Shown here piece by piece: positions 1 to 13,053 of a DNA stretch of 64,000 nucleotides. This DNA comes from Octopus sinensis (taxonomy: Eukaryota), in the NCBI RefSeq assembly GCF_006345805.1, contig NC_043008.1, forward strand, positions 41,726,001-41,790,000, written 5' to 3'. How positions within the stretch are numbered: the stretch's first letter is position 1; each line of letters opens with the position of its first letter. The notes below the pieces were generated by a model. That model had not been told where the DNA came from. It made no database searches and saw only the letters and a program-made list of their open reading frames with translations. The position numbers were made by a program, and so were the translations under genes.

Positions 1-492
1 TAATTATGAGATTTCTGAATTTTATTTTGATCTCCTTCGATTGTTTCGGTTCATTGTAAACATCTTTAAGTTCAAATAGCATGTAGAAGACTTGAACGAT
101 TTTCTAGCTACTTCAATGGAAGTCCAATTTTTAAAACATCATAAACGGCTGTTGAAACCACCACGCTGCCAAACTGATTTAATATTTCGCTGAAGATAGA
201 TTTTTAATGTACACAGATATACCCCATTGTCGGTAAACAAGATATTCACACTCATTTGAATATGAGGTGAAAAAGTTTATATTTCTGATATTGCCTTGAA
301 GCATTTGGTAATAATATATAAATATACCACACATAAATGTAGAATATGTTTTACGGCTGGTGGTTTCGCGGCTATGCTTGTTATAAACATTTGTGTACTT
401 TTGAAAAATGCTATTTCATGAATGTATTTACATGTACTGATTTAACAGTTTTTGACTCAGAAATACATTATTCAATATTTCATAAACCCAAA

Positions 493-790
493 GGCGGCGA
501 GCTGGCAGAAACGTTAGAACGCCGGGCGAAATGCGTAGTCGAATTTCGTCTGAGGTTACGGTCTGAGTTCAAATTCCGCCGAGGTCGACTTTGCCTTTCA
601 TCCTTTCGGCGTCGATTAAATAAGTACCAGTTACGCATTGGGGTCGATATAATCGACTTAATCCGTTTGTGTGTCCTTGTTTGTCCCCTCTGTGTTTAGC
701 CCCTTGTGGGTAGTAAAGAAATAGGTATTTCGTCTGTCTTTACGTTTTCATCCTTTTGGGGTCGATAAATTAAGTAACAGTTGCGTTGTA
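493..790 (+). mobile_element. tRNA-derived SINE, family B (GGCGGCGAGCTGGCAGAA head), dimer-like variant
   Basis: Head ggcggcgagctggcagaaacgttag, B-box-like gagttcaaattcc, body gaggtcgactttgcctttcatcc...taagtaccag; the same family recurs at 3800, 11948, 45108 and 54678. Confidence 0.85.
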
Positions 791-1885
791 CGTAGAGTAG
801 AAAGGAATATTTCATAAATTTAAAAGCACGACTCATCGGTCATATTTTGGTTGATGTGCGTCTCGTGGAAACGATAACTGATGTACAAGGTTACAGTTCA
901 TTGGATGATTAAGAAAATCTCCGTTGCTATAAGTCAGCGATTGTCATGTGAGGATACTAGCAGTTGAATGACTGCTGTATGTTGTTGAGCAGCAGTTCAA
1001 TGGTGAACATAATAGACACCAGTAGTCTATTATGTTCACTGTAATAGAAACATTTCTGTACAAATTATGAAACAGTTAATTAGCTAATAGAGAGCTAAAA
1101 TATGAGACCTCATACGTTTAATATCTTATCTTAATACCCTATAGAGTGGTGAGTAGTCTTAATAATAAATACGCATTCATAAATATCTTTATTTACAGGC
1201 ATACAGACATGCGGATTTTCAGGCACATGCGCTTACACAAGGAGATATGTGTTATTCCGATTCATAGATATATGCATATAAACACAAACATGCGGTTTTC
1301 ACATGATATAGGTCTGGAATATTCTTAAAATTCACTACATATATGATTGCGAAGTGATTATGGCGAAAGAGAATCACAGTGAACTAAGGCGTACGTTTAT
1401 AGTTTGCTATGTTCTCAGGTTGAAGTAAATGTATTTATTCAATTGTTCTCGCAGTTTAGACGTCCACGTAATTCTGGTAAGATATAACCGACTGAGAAAA
1501 TAAGTAATAAATTATCATAAAAGAATAAGCTAAAGCTAAAACATAAAAGCTAGAAATTAAATATTAAAGGAGAGAGAAGTACAAATAAGGAACAGTTGAA
1601 TATTTCTGTTGCTACATTACTGTGTAGCCTACATGAATTGAAAGGCGATAAATAATGCTGTTTGGGAGTTGAAAGAATAAGTATGGGTATGGGAGTTGAA
1701 TTTCTGTGTTGGATGTGGCGGTGGACGAAGGAATTCCCGACCAGAATGTCATACAGATATGCATCCCTTCTGAAGGAGAGGTGTTAGATGCGAGGAAAGG
1801 TTCAAGAATTTAAGCAATCCGATTGTAAAAAGCTGATATTGTGGATATTGAAGATGACTGGTGCCATACCGGAAAATGTTAAGAA

Positions 1886-2184
1886 GGATCTTTACCCTTT
1901 GAACGGTAGATCGAGAAATTAATTTTTTGTAACTAAACACTTTCAAACTTCGGACGCTGGTAGAATGTGTTATTATTTTCAAAGTTATTTCGTGTTAAAA
2001 TTGTCGTATTTCGGTAATTTCAACCAATCAATGTCGTGTATTCAGCTGAAAAAAATTACTTTTTCTCAACAACACTAAGAGTAAAAGATGTTTTATATGA
2101 CACATTCTACCAGTGTCCGAAGTTTGAAAGTGCTTAATTACAAAAAATTAATTTCTCGATCTGTCGTTCAAAGGGTAAAGATAC
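1886..2184. mobile_element. MITE (non-autonomous DNA transposon) with ~85-bp TIRs and 8-bp TSD, Merlin-like
   Basis: Arms 1886-1970 and 2100-2184 are reverse complements with few mismatches (G[G/T]ATCTTTACCCTTTGAACG...GGTAGAATGTGT); GTTAAGAA is directly repeated at 1878-1885 and 2185-2192. Confidence 0.85.
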
Positions 2185-3799
2185 GTTAAGAAAAAGTATT
2201 TGATCAGCGGAGAAATGAGTTCATGGCAGAAATGCAGAAAGCAAAATATACGCAATAGGTTGCGGGTACCCACTTGAGAGTGAAAGGTGAAGCATTAAAT
2301 CCGATTCTGTATCAAAGTTAGGGTCTGTCCTGCAAGGGCAGTAGAGTCTGGGAAAGCGTGAAGATAGAATGGTAGATTTATTGTTGGAAAGATATGAAGG
2401 AGAAATTCTCGATATGAATTATAGTGTGTTGATTTATAACGACGAACGATGTAGTGATGAAACCATCAATAATTACTTCCATTTCAGGATTTTATTCTAA
2501 AATCGATTAGGGCTCCACCGGAATGTTAATTGTTGTTTCCGGATTCAAACTCTAAACATAAACTGGTGTAACTAAATTCCACAAAGGTATTTTTCCGATA
2601 AATAATATTATTTTGTATTTTACAAGATATCATTTATTAGAGACGAAATTATTGTGAAACGCTTTATCCGAACAAAAATGTTTTATTTTGTCACCATAAC
2701 ATATTAAAACCGAGATTCTATCAGAATAAGTGATCTTCCATGACGCAGTCTCACTGACGTTTTCGGCTTCTAATTTCTCTTTGGATATTTATTCTTTCAC
2801 ACCGTTTCTTAATCATGCATTCACAGTTTCTGTTACACAGCGATTATTTGAAAACATTAAATTGGTAAAAAAAATTGTTGTAATGTCTGCTCAAAGCAGA
2901 TCATAAAATACTTGGCCTTACTTTAATAATAATCTTAAAATGCAATCGGCAAATGTTCAACATACTATTTAATTCTACTGACTTTCAGTATAAAAAAATT
3001 TTAAAAGCTTTGTGTAGACGTATGCGTATGTGTATGTTCGTATGTATTTCATACCTCAATTTGTTATTGCAACAAGCTTTTAGTAACGAAACTATATATT
3101 TCTATATTTTTTATTGCATATGTGCGTATAAGTATGTAGACATGCGAACATATTCCTGTGTTAATATTTTGCCTCTGTATATATGCATATATATACATAC
3201 ATACATACATACATACATACATACATAGATTGGCAAAAACTTGTATACACACGCATACATACACGCTTATCTGATGCAGTTTTTATAACGTTACTTAAAT
3301 GATGTTGCCATTAGAGATATTCAAATATTGTGTTGCATACATTATGTAGCGTTTGACAGTTATTTGTGTATAGCCTATGTGTGGAAAAATGTCTGTCTGC
3401 TAGAAATGTATGTATTCAAGAAATGCGCTGTATATTTAGTTTATAGCTGGGAAATTTATATTTGAATTGTTCACGGGACTCAACCCTAAAGAATTGCTGA
3501 TGTCAAGCACAACGTCTTTGCTCTTAGTGTTGTCGTCGCAATGGCGAAGTATTACGTGCATTCACTAAGATTGATCGGAAACTGTGACAATTGATTACCT
3601 TGATTATGATAGTTTTCATTGCATGTGTGATGCTATAAGCATGGTTGATAATAGACAACACATGAGATTTTGTTCGCTTAGGTATATTACTTCAAAAAAA
3701 CATGTTACACTTATTGTTGTTGCTCAGCTTCAGTATTAGGTCGTCCCTGACTGCCAGTGCCAGTGGTGAAGGTTGTTCTTATTTCTTTATTGCCCACTA

Positions 3800-4153
3800 G
3801 GGGACGAACAAAGGGATTAAGGCGATTAGATCGACCCCAGTGCGTGACTGGTACTTAATTTATCGACCCCGAATGGATGAAAGGCAAAGTCAACCTCGGC
3901 GGAATTTGAACTCAGAAATACCTATTTCTTTACTACCCACAAGAGGCTAAACACAGAGGGGACAAACAAGGACACACAAACGGATTAAGTCGATTATATC
4001 GACCCAAGTGCATAACTGGTAATTATTTAATCGACTGCGAAATGATGAAAGGCAAAATCGACCTCGGCGGAATTTGGACTCTGAACTTAACGGCAGACGA
4101 AATACCGCTAAGCATTTTGCCCGGCGTGCTAACGTTTCTGCCAGCTCGCCACC
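3800..4153 (-). mobile_element. tRNA-derived SINE, family B, dimer-like variant
   Basis: Reverse complement of the 493-790 element; head ends ...ctgccagctcgcc at ~4150; 3915-4005 matches 641-731 with one mismatch. Confidence 0.85.
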
Positions 4154-4447
4154 TTATTAGTCATAATGATCCTGTCATAATATTCATATATACTGTATTC
4201 ACGACCACATTATCTTATGTGACATCCTTTTTTCTACAGGACCATTTACGATTGCAGAATATCTGATTGCTATCTCTGATACGTTAAGCAAACTTCCATA
4301 GTTGTCCCGATGGGTTGAAAGTTAACGATTTGGTGAGCGACGGTTTTTCATTGTTATCCTTGTTTCCTTGACTTTTCTTTAATCCCTATAAGCTGATGTG
4401 CTAAATTATTCTGTTGAATACTTTTAGTGAGTTCCTGCCATCAAGGT

Positions 4448-4520
4448 GGGCCTATGCAGCAATGGATAACGTGTCTGCTTATGGATCAGAAGATTCCTGG
4501 TTCGAATTTTGGCAAGCTCG
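4448..4520 (+). pseudogene. tRNA-Arg(ACG) pseudogene
   Basis: 73 nt gggcctatgcagcaatggataacgtgtctgcttatggatcagaagattcctggttcgaattttggcaagctcg is colinear with canonical eukaryotic tRNA-Arg-ACG (CAATGGATAACG, GGATCAGAAGATTCC, GGTTCGA retained). The anticodon has decayed to ATG and the acceptor stem has two mismatches. Confidence 0.8.
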
Positions 4521-5679
4521 TAGACAAGAAAATATTTTAAACCTGCGAGGTGTACATATGGATGTTTTTAGATAACATTTGGACATTTTTTTTAATTAAG
4601 GTAGCAGAGGAACTTATATCGCGGCAGGAAATACAAAGAAATGAAGCTCTGTCCATATTGCTACACCACGAGAGACAGTTCCGGAAAGAAAACTGGCAAG
4701 AAAGTGTGAAATAAAAACCAATCACTGAAGGCAGTACTCCAGCAAGATCACAGCCACTGGCTGAAATCAACAAAAATAGCTAAGCAGTTCGTTATAATGT
4801 GAATACTTGAGGGTTTGTGTATTTAAGGAAATGTGTATTTAAGAAAATAACAACCAGCTGGTGACCATCCTTCATCATTCTATTCTTCCTGAAGCAATTT
4901 TAATTTAGGTCACAAAATAAACATTTGTAAATTTATATAGCACACTCTTGACCACCCGTGTCGAGTCGAACTACAAATTGCTGACGATATATTTTTGGTT
5001 CGATTAACTGAGAGAACAATTATTTTGGTCAGCATAAATAGGGCTACGACAAACGAACTTTCGAATCGTAGAATTTTTGTCTAAAACCAAATCAATTAAA
5101 CCAGATGTGATCCTCAAGTTGTTTATCCGTGTTCATTGAATTACGTTTTCACTTGCTAGTTTTCCTCAAACAGTTCAGGTTCCTCTCTCTTGTTGAAACA
5201 ATTATTGAATTTCATCAGTGCTGGTTATAAAAGAATATTTTCTCCAATACTTTAGAGTTCTTGAATCTCATATTATTCTTTATTATCGTTTAGTATTATT
5301 TTCCTCTCCGCATTTTGTTCTTTTTTGTGTGTGTGTGAGTGTGTATTTGGTTCTTAAAATTTCAAAAATATTTTGCAGAACAGCGAGAACTGTGTTTTAT
5401 AAATTGAAATACCATATTTTATTGAAGGATAACGCATTACTTTCGTGTAATTATTTTATTTTCATTTCTGATTATATTCAAATGCAACAATATAACAAAC
5501 AGATACTAGAAATAATGTTTATTTTGCCAAACCGTTTCCTTTATTTCTTTGCTTTTTATCTTTTTGTATAATTTTTGAAATGGAGATTAACATTACTCTT
5601 CACATAAAATGGGGATTGAGAAAGGATAGTTATAAACAATATGCCTAAAAATCATCTAAATCGAGATGAGATTGCTGTT

Positions 5680-5940
5680 CTTGTTGTGATTTTTGTTGTT
5701 TCTTCTGTTGTTGTTACTGTTGTATTGATAGTCATGATGATGATAAGGAGGAGGAGCAAGAGGAGGACAACGAAGACAATGATGATCGCGATAATGGTGG
5801 CGGTAGTTATGCTGGGTGGAGGGTGAATTTGATGATGTTTGCGATGGTAGTAGCAGTCGTAATGGCGAAGATGATGATAACAACAGCATCATCATTCTTG
5901 CTGTTATTACATAGTACTGCAACTACTATTCTGAATTTTC
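5680..5940. repeat. Degenerate trinucleotide (GTT/GAT/GGT) low-complexity tract
   Basis: Mosaic of gtt/gat/gag/ggt triplets; source of spurious poly-V/M/S ORFs. Confidence 0.7.
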
Positions 5941-8900
5941 AATTTCTCTACTATATTGCTTTGTCTTTTTATTTCTTTATCGTTTTTCTTTTCTGTTTTT
6001 TTGTGTGTTAGTTTTTGTATTGTTTTTTTAGTATACTACTAAGATAAAATATTCTTTCAGTATAGTAAAATAGCAGTTTTTTTTTATTAATCTATCAAAT
6101 TTTCTATCTGAAATTCCATCAAAATAATAAAACTTCATCTTATGATCGGTAAAACATTTCCTAAATATGTTTGTTTTTATGTTGTTAGTGTACGTCATTC
6201 TAAGAAGTCGCAATACTCAGGAATATATAATACACAATCCCAAAAGGAATTTCGATTGCAGCTGATGACTTTTCCCTTCAGTAAGAGCATTAAAATCATG
6301 GGTTCGATCCTAAGTCACACACCATTCTATCGTCTCTGAGTTGAATTTTACACTTTGTCTAAGGCAACAACTGAAGCCGTCACTCGCAAGCGAGCTTGGA
6401 TTGCTACGATATTGTAAATTGGTCAGTAAAAGTTATCATAATTTTGTCTATTGTTTTAAGTGCTTATGTAATCACGAGCAAACAGAGATACTCTCTCGGT
6501 CCTTCCAGTCATGGGCCATGCGTAATAACCAGCATGTGAGCAGGAATGGTTTGCGCCATGCCCCCGTTAGTATTCGATGCGGTTGAGTAGACTTGGGTAG
6601 ACACTTTTATCTTTTATTTGTTTCAGTCATTGAAACGTGCATTCAGGAATTTTAATCGAGCGAATTGACCCAAGTACTCATTGTTTTGAAGCATGGTATT
6701 TATTCTAAAGGTTAAACATATGTACGCATGCGTACAAAACCCACTTCTCCCGTCGTAGGCTTATATGTCCCAATATTAGACTATTTTAAAGTTTAGTTCA
6801 TACTCAACTAGACTAAACAACACTATCATAGCATGCTTTTAATCTTTCATAAGGATGATATGTATATCTGAATATGTTATGTGATACTCACTCCATCAAG
6901 TCTTCTGTAACAATAATAATATTATTTTTTTGATGTATTCTTTTTTCACACCGAGGAGAAGAGTAATATTTAATTGATTTAATTTCAATTTCAATCATTT
7001 CTAATTTTTCTACCGTGTTATTTACGTATTAATATTGCTTGAAACGATCGTATTGTTTGAAACGATCGAATGCGTGGATTAAATTCTTTTCAAATTTTTA
7101 ACATATTCTCTTCTCCATATTTAACAGTTTGAGTTCCTCTAGGATACTTGCTCTATAAATTCTCATAACACACCTTATATACTCTATACATTTCTATATA
7201 GTGTGTATATGTGTGCCTATGCCTGAACATATATGTATGTGCGTGCATATATCTATGTATATGCTTACACAAGCATGCATAAGATTGTTGCTTGAACTGC
7301 ACTTGAAAATGTGATTTTGTGACTTTCCTTTCTAAAGCGGCTATAAGTGGTTTCCCTTTGAGTCGGTAGGTATAGATTAAAGCAGAAAAGTAAAGGCAAA
7401 CAGTTTGGCAAGACAGTTTTCCAGCTTTGGAACTGTTAGCTCTCATCTTCCCTCACCATGGATTATCCTCAAATCATTCTCTCTGTTCATAAATTTTCCT
7501 AATGGATATCCGTTTAAATCGGATTTAATTGGATTTCTTCTCCATTTGTAGGTTTAATGAACCACAATAACTATCATTCATGAGGGATTTTCCCCCACTG
7601 TTGCTTATGTTTAATCTTCCTCCCTCTGATAACGAAATACTCAGCCTATGGGATCCTCGCTCGATACGATGTTCCACGATGTTCCAATAACTGGAATAAT
7701 CTAGAAACAGCTGTCAGAGACTTTCTAAACCTTCTATTCAACAGCTAAATAAAATGTGTGTGTCAAGTCTTGCCAAACTTTATGCGTGTTCTTTTCTGCT
7801 TTAAGGTATGTGTGTGTGTGTGTATGTGTGTGTGTGTGTGTGTGCGTGTGTGTATGTGGGTGTGTAACCATATTTATATTTATCTACATATGGGCGTTGC
7901 GTGTACATGCACATGTGTTCGTGTCTATCTATGCACATATAGAAACGCACACATACTCATATATATGTGAGTTTGTGTGGGTGTATGAGAATGTGTATGC
8001 ATATATGCACGCATGTGTATGTACGCATGTATGCACGTATGTATGTATCTATGCATGTATGTATGTATGTAACACTAGTTGTACCTATACCCTTCTGTGA
8101 TATGTGGTACTCTTGATATGTTTTCCAACTCTCTCTGTCCTATCCACGACCATCTCTTCATCCATCCCGTCCCGCTTTCTAATACTAATTTATCAGGCCT
8201 TATTTTCTTTTACTCCTTCACTTTCTCCCTAACATGTTTCTTTTTGTTGTCTAACCCTCGTTTTTCCCACACTTAATCTATTTTCTCCCTCGCTTCCAAC
8301 CACAAAATAATCTACTCTACACTTCGAAAAACAAACATTTTTCCTTTCTTATGCCAACATCGTTTCTGTGAAAGGTTGTCTGATGTTTGGTTATAAGGTT
8401 ACTTTATTCTTTAAAATTCACTGGTTGAATAAACCGTTAACGGCGAAATTCGGTCTGATGTTAATCTAATATTATCTATAAGTTCTACTCTACGAAATGT
8501 ACAGAAAGCTCCTTCAGCAAATGTCTTGCTGTTTTTTATTAAATCTATGAACAGTACTAAACAACACATACACAATATTAATACTGCTTCTGACGCTAAT
8601 ATTTTACGTTTTCATAAGCCTGCTGGTGATTTGCTATGTCAGTGTTTGAAAAGACAGTGTTATTCCATATATCCTTGGCAGCAAGATTTGGCTGGTATGC
8701 GGTAATCGGACGCCTGAGACTGAAGAAGCTGGCAGTTCTGGCATTATACCAGACGATTCACGTTTGGTACGATGTATATTTGTGCTTTTATATACCATAC
8801 GTCTGTATGAGAAGTCCGCTCAAGAAAAACACCACTATATTCGGCCTTCTAACAATACCTTCTCGTTAAGTTCGGTAAAAAGATTGCTTTTGGTACTGAT

Positions 8901-9108
8901 ACGGGAAGAATGGATGTCTTTTACGCTTCGAGTCTACGCACTTCAACAGAAAGGATTAAAGGAAAATGAAAAAAGAACGGAGAGAGCGAAAAATTTTTTA
9001 ATAGGGATTAACAGTTCAACATGACGAAATCTCCAGAAGGTTGCACGAAAGGGAAATAATTACGGTGACCCAGCCGAACGAATATATTCTCGCTGTGTAT
9101 GTGTGAAT

Positions 9109-9169
<61 letters not shown>

Positions 9170-9559
9170 ATGTATAAATGGGTGTGAGTGTCTGAGTACA
9201 TATGTGTGGGCGAGCTGAAAAATCTGTGTTTTTGTGTGTATGTGTATGTATGTAAGCAACCCAATGCGTACATTATATGGATTGATATCCATTACGTGTA
9301 CTGGTATGTATGTGTGTGCATATGGATCATTGCATATGCGCATTCGTGCAGTTATAATTGACTTGCACTTCGTCAACTAGGAAGTGGAAACTGTGATTTC
9401 CAACCAGAAACGAACGAGTTCATTCTTATTAAAACAGTATCAGACTACAAGTAATTACGCAAATTCGTATGAGGCAACATTTATTGAAATGAACGCAAAA
9501 ACTAAAAGAGAAAAGATTTCACATTCCATGAGCACAAGTCTACAAAGCAACATATATAT

Positions 9560-9858
9560 ATATATAGATAGATAGATAGATGTATATGTATGTATATATG
9601 TATGCATATACATGTATATGTATATATATACATATATATATATATATATACATATATACATGTATATATATGTACATATATATGTATGTATATATATATA
9701 CATATATATATTTATGTATATATATGTATATATACATATATACATGTATATATATATATATGTAATATATTTGTATATATATGTATATATATACATATAT
9801 AATATATATATATATGCATATATATGCATAGCTGTGTATATATATATAAATGCATATA

Positions 9859-9912
<54 letters not shown>

Positions 9913-10148
9913 ATATGCACATATATATAGATATATATATGTATATATGTATAAATGTCACATTTAAAACGTTCGAGTACAAGTTCGACAACAAGTTCCG
10001 GGAGAAAATTTTCTCCTGGCACTATTTCTTCAGCAGATGTTCTCAAATGCAATTGTACTCAAACATTTTAAATATGAAAACACGTACACAAACACACATG
10101 CAAGTACACTCACATATTCGCACACACAACACACATACATACATATAT

Positions 10149-10233
<85 letters not shown>

Positions 10234-10240
10234 GATGTTT
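9560..10240. repeat. Compound (TA)n/(TACA)n microsatellite field
   Basis: Near-continuous alternating purine-pyrimidine repeats; the ORFs here are YI/IY artefacts. Confidence 0.95.
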
Positions 10241-11047
10241 ATGTCTATCTACTGCATATATTTATATGAATGTTTTGTATGTATATGCGTGTTTGTATTC
10301 CGCCGAGGGTATGGTAAATAATTTAGAAGTCTTGGAATATCCGATATCCGTGTTTCTTTCATAACTTTAAGATTAAACTAGATTTTGTTAACAAAGTAAA
10401 AATGATCAAAGAATACTTCTCCACTGTTTTACAACCGTTGTGAATTATTAATCGAAAACAGATATATTTATAGAAATAGATAAATATGTAGATTAAACCA
10501 TAATTCATGAAGGTAACACCATGTTGTTTGTAGACTTTTTTTTCCACTTTTTCTTTTCGTTTATTCTCTCTTACCGGTTTGAAGTTTATTAAATATATTT
10601 ATAACAATTCATGCTTGAAAACCAAGTGGCGTGGTACTTATTCGAAATCAGTTCTCCTCAATTCATACATGTCCTCCGGCCATCAATAAGGCATATTCGT
10701 TTATATTATTAGCATATTGGAGCAAAACTATCAAAAGATTCATGTAATTTCCAACCTGTAAAATATTGCTTACATTTAACTCTCTAAGACAGAAATTAAC
10801 TCAATTCGAACTTATTCCAAACTATTTTATTTACATTTTTCTCAAACCAATTTTTATTATCGTCCTTACCTATCTCTCTCGTTCTGTTTACAGGAAGACT
10901 TCGATAACAAAGCTATTTCTATTCTATATCGAAGTATTCTTCCTATTTCTATTCTGTATTTCTTCTCCATTTTTCTTCATCTCATATTCTCTCTTTTTTA
11001 TTCTCTCAACCTATTTGTCACATACTTTCATTAAGAGTATATATATA

Positions 11048-11090
<43 letters not shown>

Positions 11091-11227
11091 TTCAGCAAAA
11101 ATTTAGATTCAAATGAATATGGTACTTAATTTAGATGCACCACAATTCTGTACGGTGTTATCCATAAAAATCCGTGGGGTGATTATAATCTAAATAAGCA
11201 ACAAGAATATTCTTGTTGCTTATTTTG

Positions 11228-11268
<41 letters not shown>

Positions 11269-11270
<2 letters not shown>

Positions 11271-11651
11271 TCCTTTTACTTGTTTCAGTCATCTGACTAC
11301 GGCTATGCTGGAGCAATACATTCAGTCGATCAAATCGTCACCAGGATTTATATTCTTTGTAAGTCTAGTACTTATTCTATCGCTCTTTTTGCCGAATTGC
11401 TAAATTACGTGGATATAAACATACCAACACCGATTGTGAAGCGGTGGAGAGGACACAAATACATATATACATATAAATATAAACATACAGACACAAATGT
11501 ATATATATATATATATATATCTCCGTTGAGCTTCTTTCTACCAAATCCACTCACAAGGATTTGGCCGGACCGAGGCTAAAGTAGAAGATCCTGAACCCGG
11601 AACCTTGTGGTTGGGAAGCAAGCTTCTTACCGCACAGCCACGCCGGCACCT
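11269..11651 (-). mobile_element. tRNA-derived SINE, family A (AGGCGCAGGAGTGGCTGTGTGG head, GAGTAAAA tail)
   Basis: Tail ttttacttgtttcagtca..., internal microsatellite, ctaccaaatccactcacaagg block, head cttaccgcacagccac. Confidence 0.85.
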
Positions 11652-11947
11652 GTTGTATGTATGTATAAAGCTTGAATCTTGCGTGTACCTTAAGAGTTCA
11701 CTTGTTGATGTAACCATGATATTCTGACGATCTGGTGAGCTTTATTTCCATTAATTTATTAATATGCAATGACATTGTATAATCCCGAGCAAACATGTCA
11801 ATGGAAGCATGTTCGCATAATTTCTGGTATAGGTTGCGAAACGGCCGTAATCTTATAGAAATCAAGTGCCTAAATAAATCGGTTGTCACCTCTCCTACCT
11901 CTTAACTTTATGTTTTATCATATACATTATATTTAGGGGTGAGGAAA

Positions 11948-12150
11948 GCGGCGAGCTGGCAGAATGGTTAGCACGCCGAGTGAAATGCTTAGCGGTATTT
12001 CATCTGCCGTTACGTTCTGAGTTCGAATTCCGCCGAGGTGGACTTTGTCTTTCATCCTTTCCGGGTCGATAAATTAAGTACCAGTTGTGTACTGGGGTCG
12101 ATCTAATCGACTAGCCCCTCCCACAAATTTCCCAGCCTTGTGCCTGGAGG
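11948..12150 (+). mobile_element. tRNA-derived SINE, family B
   Basis: gcggcgagctggcagaatggttagcacgccg head, gagttcgaattcc B box, shared body and ccttgtgcct tail. Confidence 0.85.
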
Positions 12151-13053
12151 GTGGCGCATTAGTGTGTATATGTATGAGTAGTCGTATATTAATAATTTAT
12201 CAGTGCTCTTAATGGTTTCTTAATTAATCTAAAATGTATGGTACACGTTTTCCATAAACCCTTCCGCTTCATTGTAAAGAGTAAAGATAAAGCTTTTTCA
12301 ACACAGACTCCATCTCTTCAGAGGCAGAAAAAGTCCTCCAAAAACTGTTAACTAGTCAAATTAAAATTATTCTGTGCCCACAGAGATATAAAACTTACGC
12401 TGTAAAATTCGAGATAATACACTGTTGCAGACATAAGAATATAAAAACTATTCTGTATTCAATAATGAAAAAAGTTATTCATCATGCAGTGTAAAATATA
12501 TTGGGTTGTTCCTCTACGATATACTTATCATAGATGTATACATTACTGCCGCATTTTTAAAGTATTTGTTTTAAAAAAATTCGATCAGCGTCCCAACAAC
12601 TATGTTCCTCTTCTTGTGGAGCAATGTGAGCACTTGACAACAGCTCGCAGTGGAAGAGTATATTCCGTAAGCGCCGGTCAAACATGGTCTGTTTGAATCC
12701 CAAACCCTGTGCAGAGGCTGTTGATATCAGATAGGTCTTACCCCGATTATTCCACAGGAAGAGGAGGTGCAGTTGTCTCACCATTGTCAAATACGCATGC
12801 AGCAAAAGATGAAGGTCAGGTAATAAGTGGTAATATTTTGTGGAAGAATTTACTATCTTTGACTGACCTTTCAGATTTAGCTTCCTTGCAGCCAATTACC
12901 GAATGAAACGGTCCACCCTGACCTGCTCTCTCATCCAAGTTTGTAACGTGAAGGTTTAACTACTTCACTTTAATGACAAACTATCAAAATATCTTTCGTT
13001 TTTAGATTTGGTTTGCAAGATTCTTTATGTGAATTCATGTGTTGGAACATATT

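Noticed and set aside
8648-9024. ~125-codon stop-free stretch on the + strand
   Set aside because: No recognisable homology and only weak splice signals.
9455-10160. Long ORFs of 170-182 aa (also 18459-19261, 31477-32582, 48811-49675, 59714-61282)
   Set aside because: Translations are YI/CV/HT/poly-I runs produced by microsatellites lacking stop codons; not genes.
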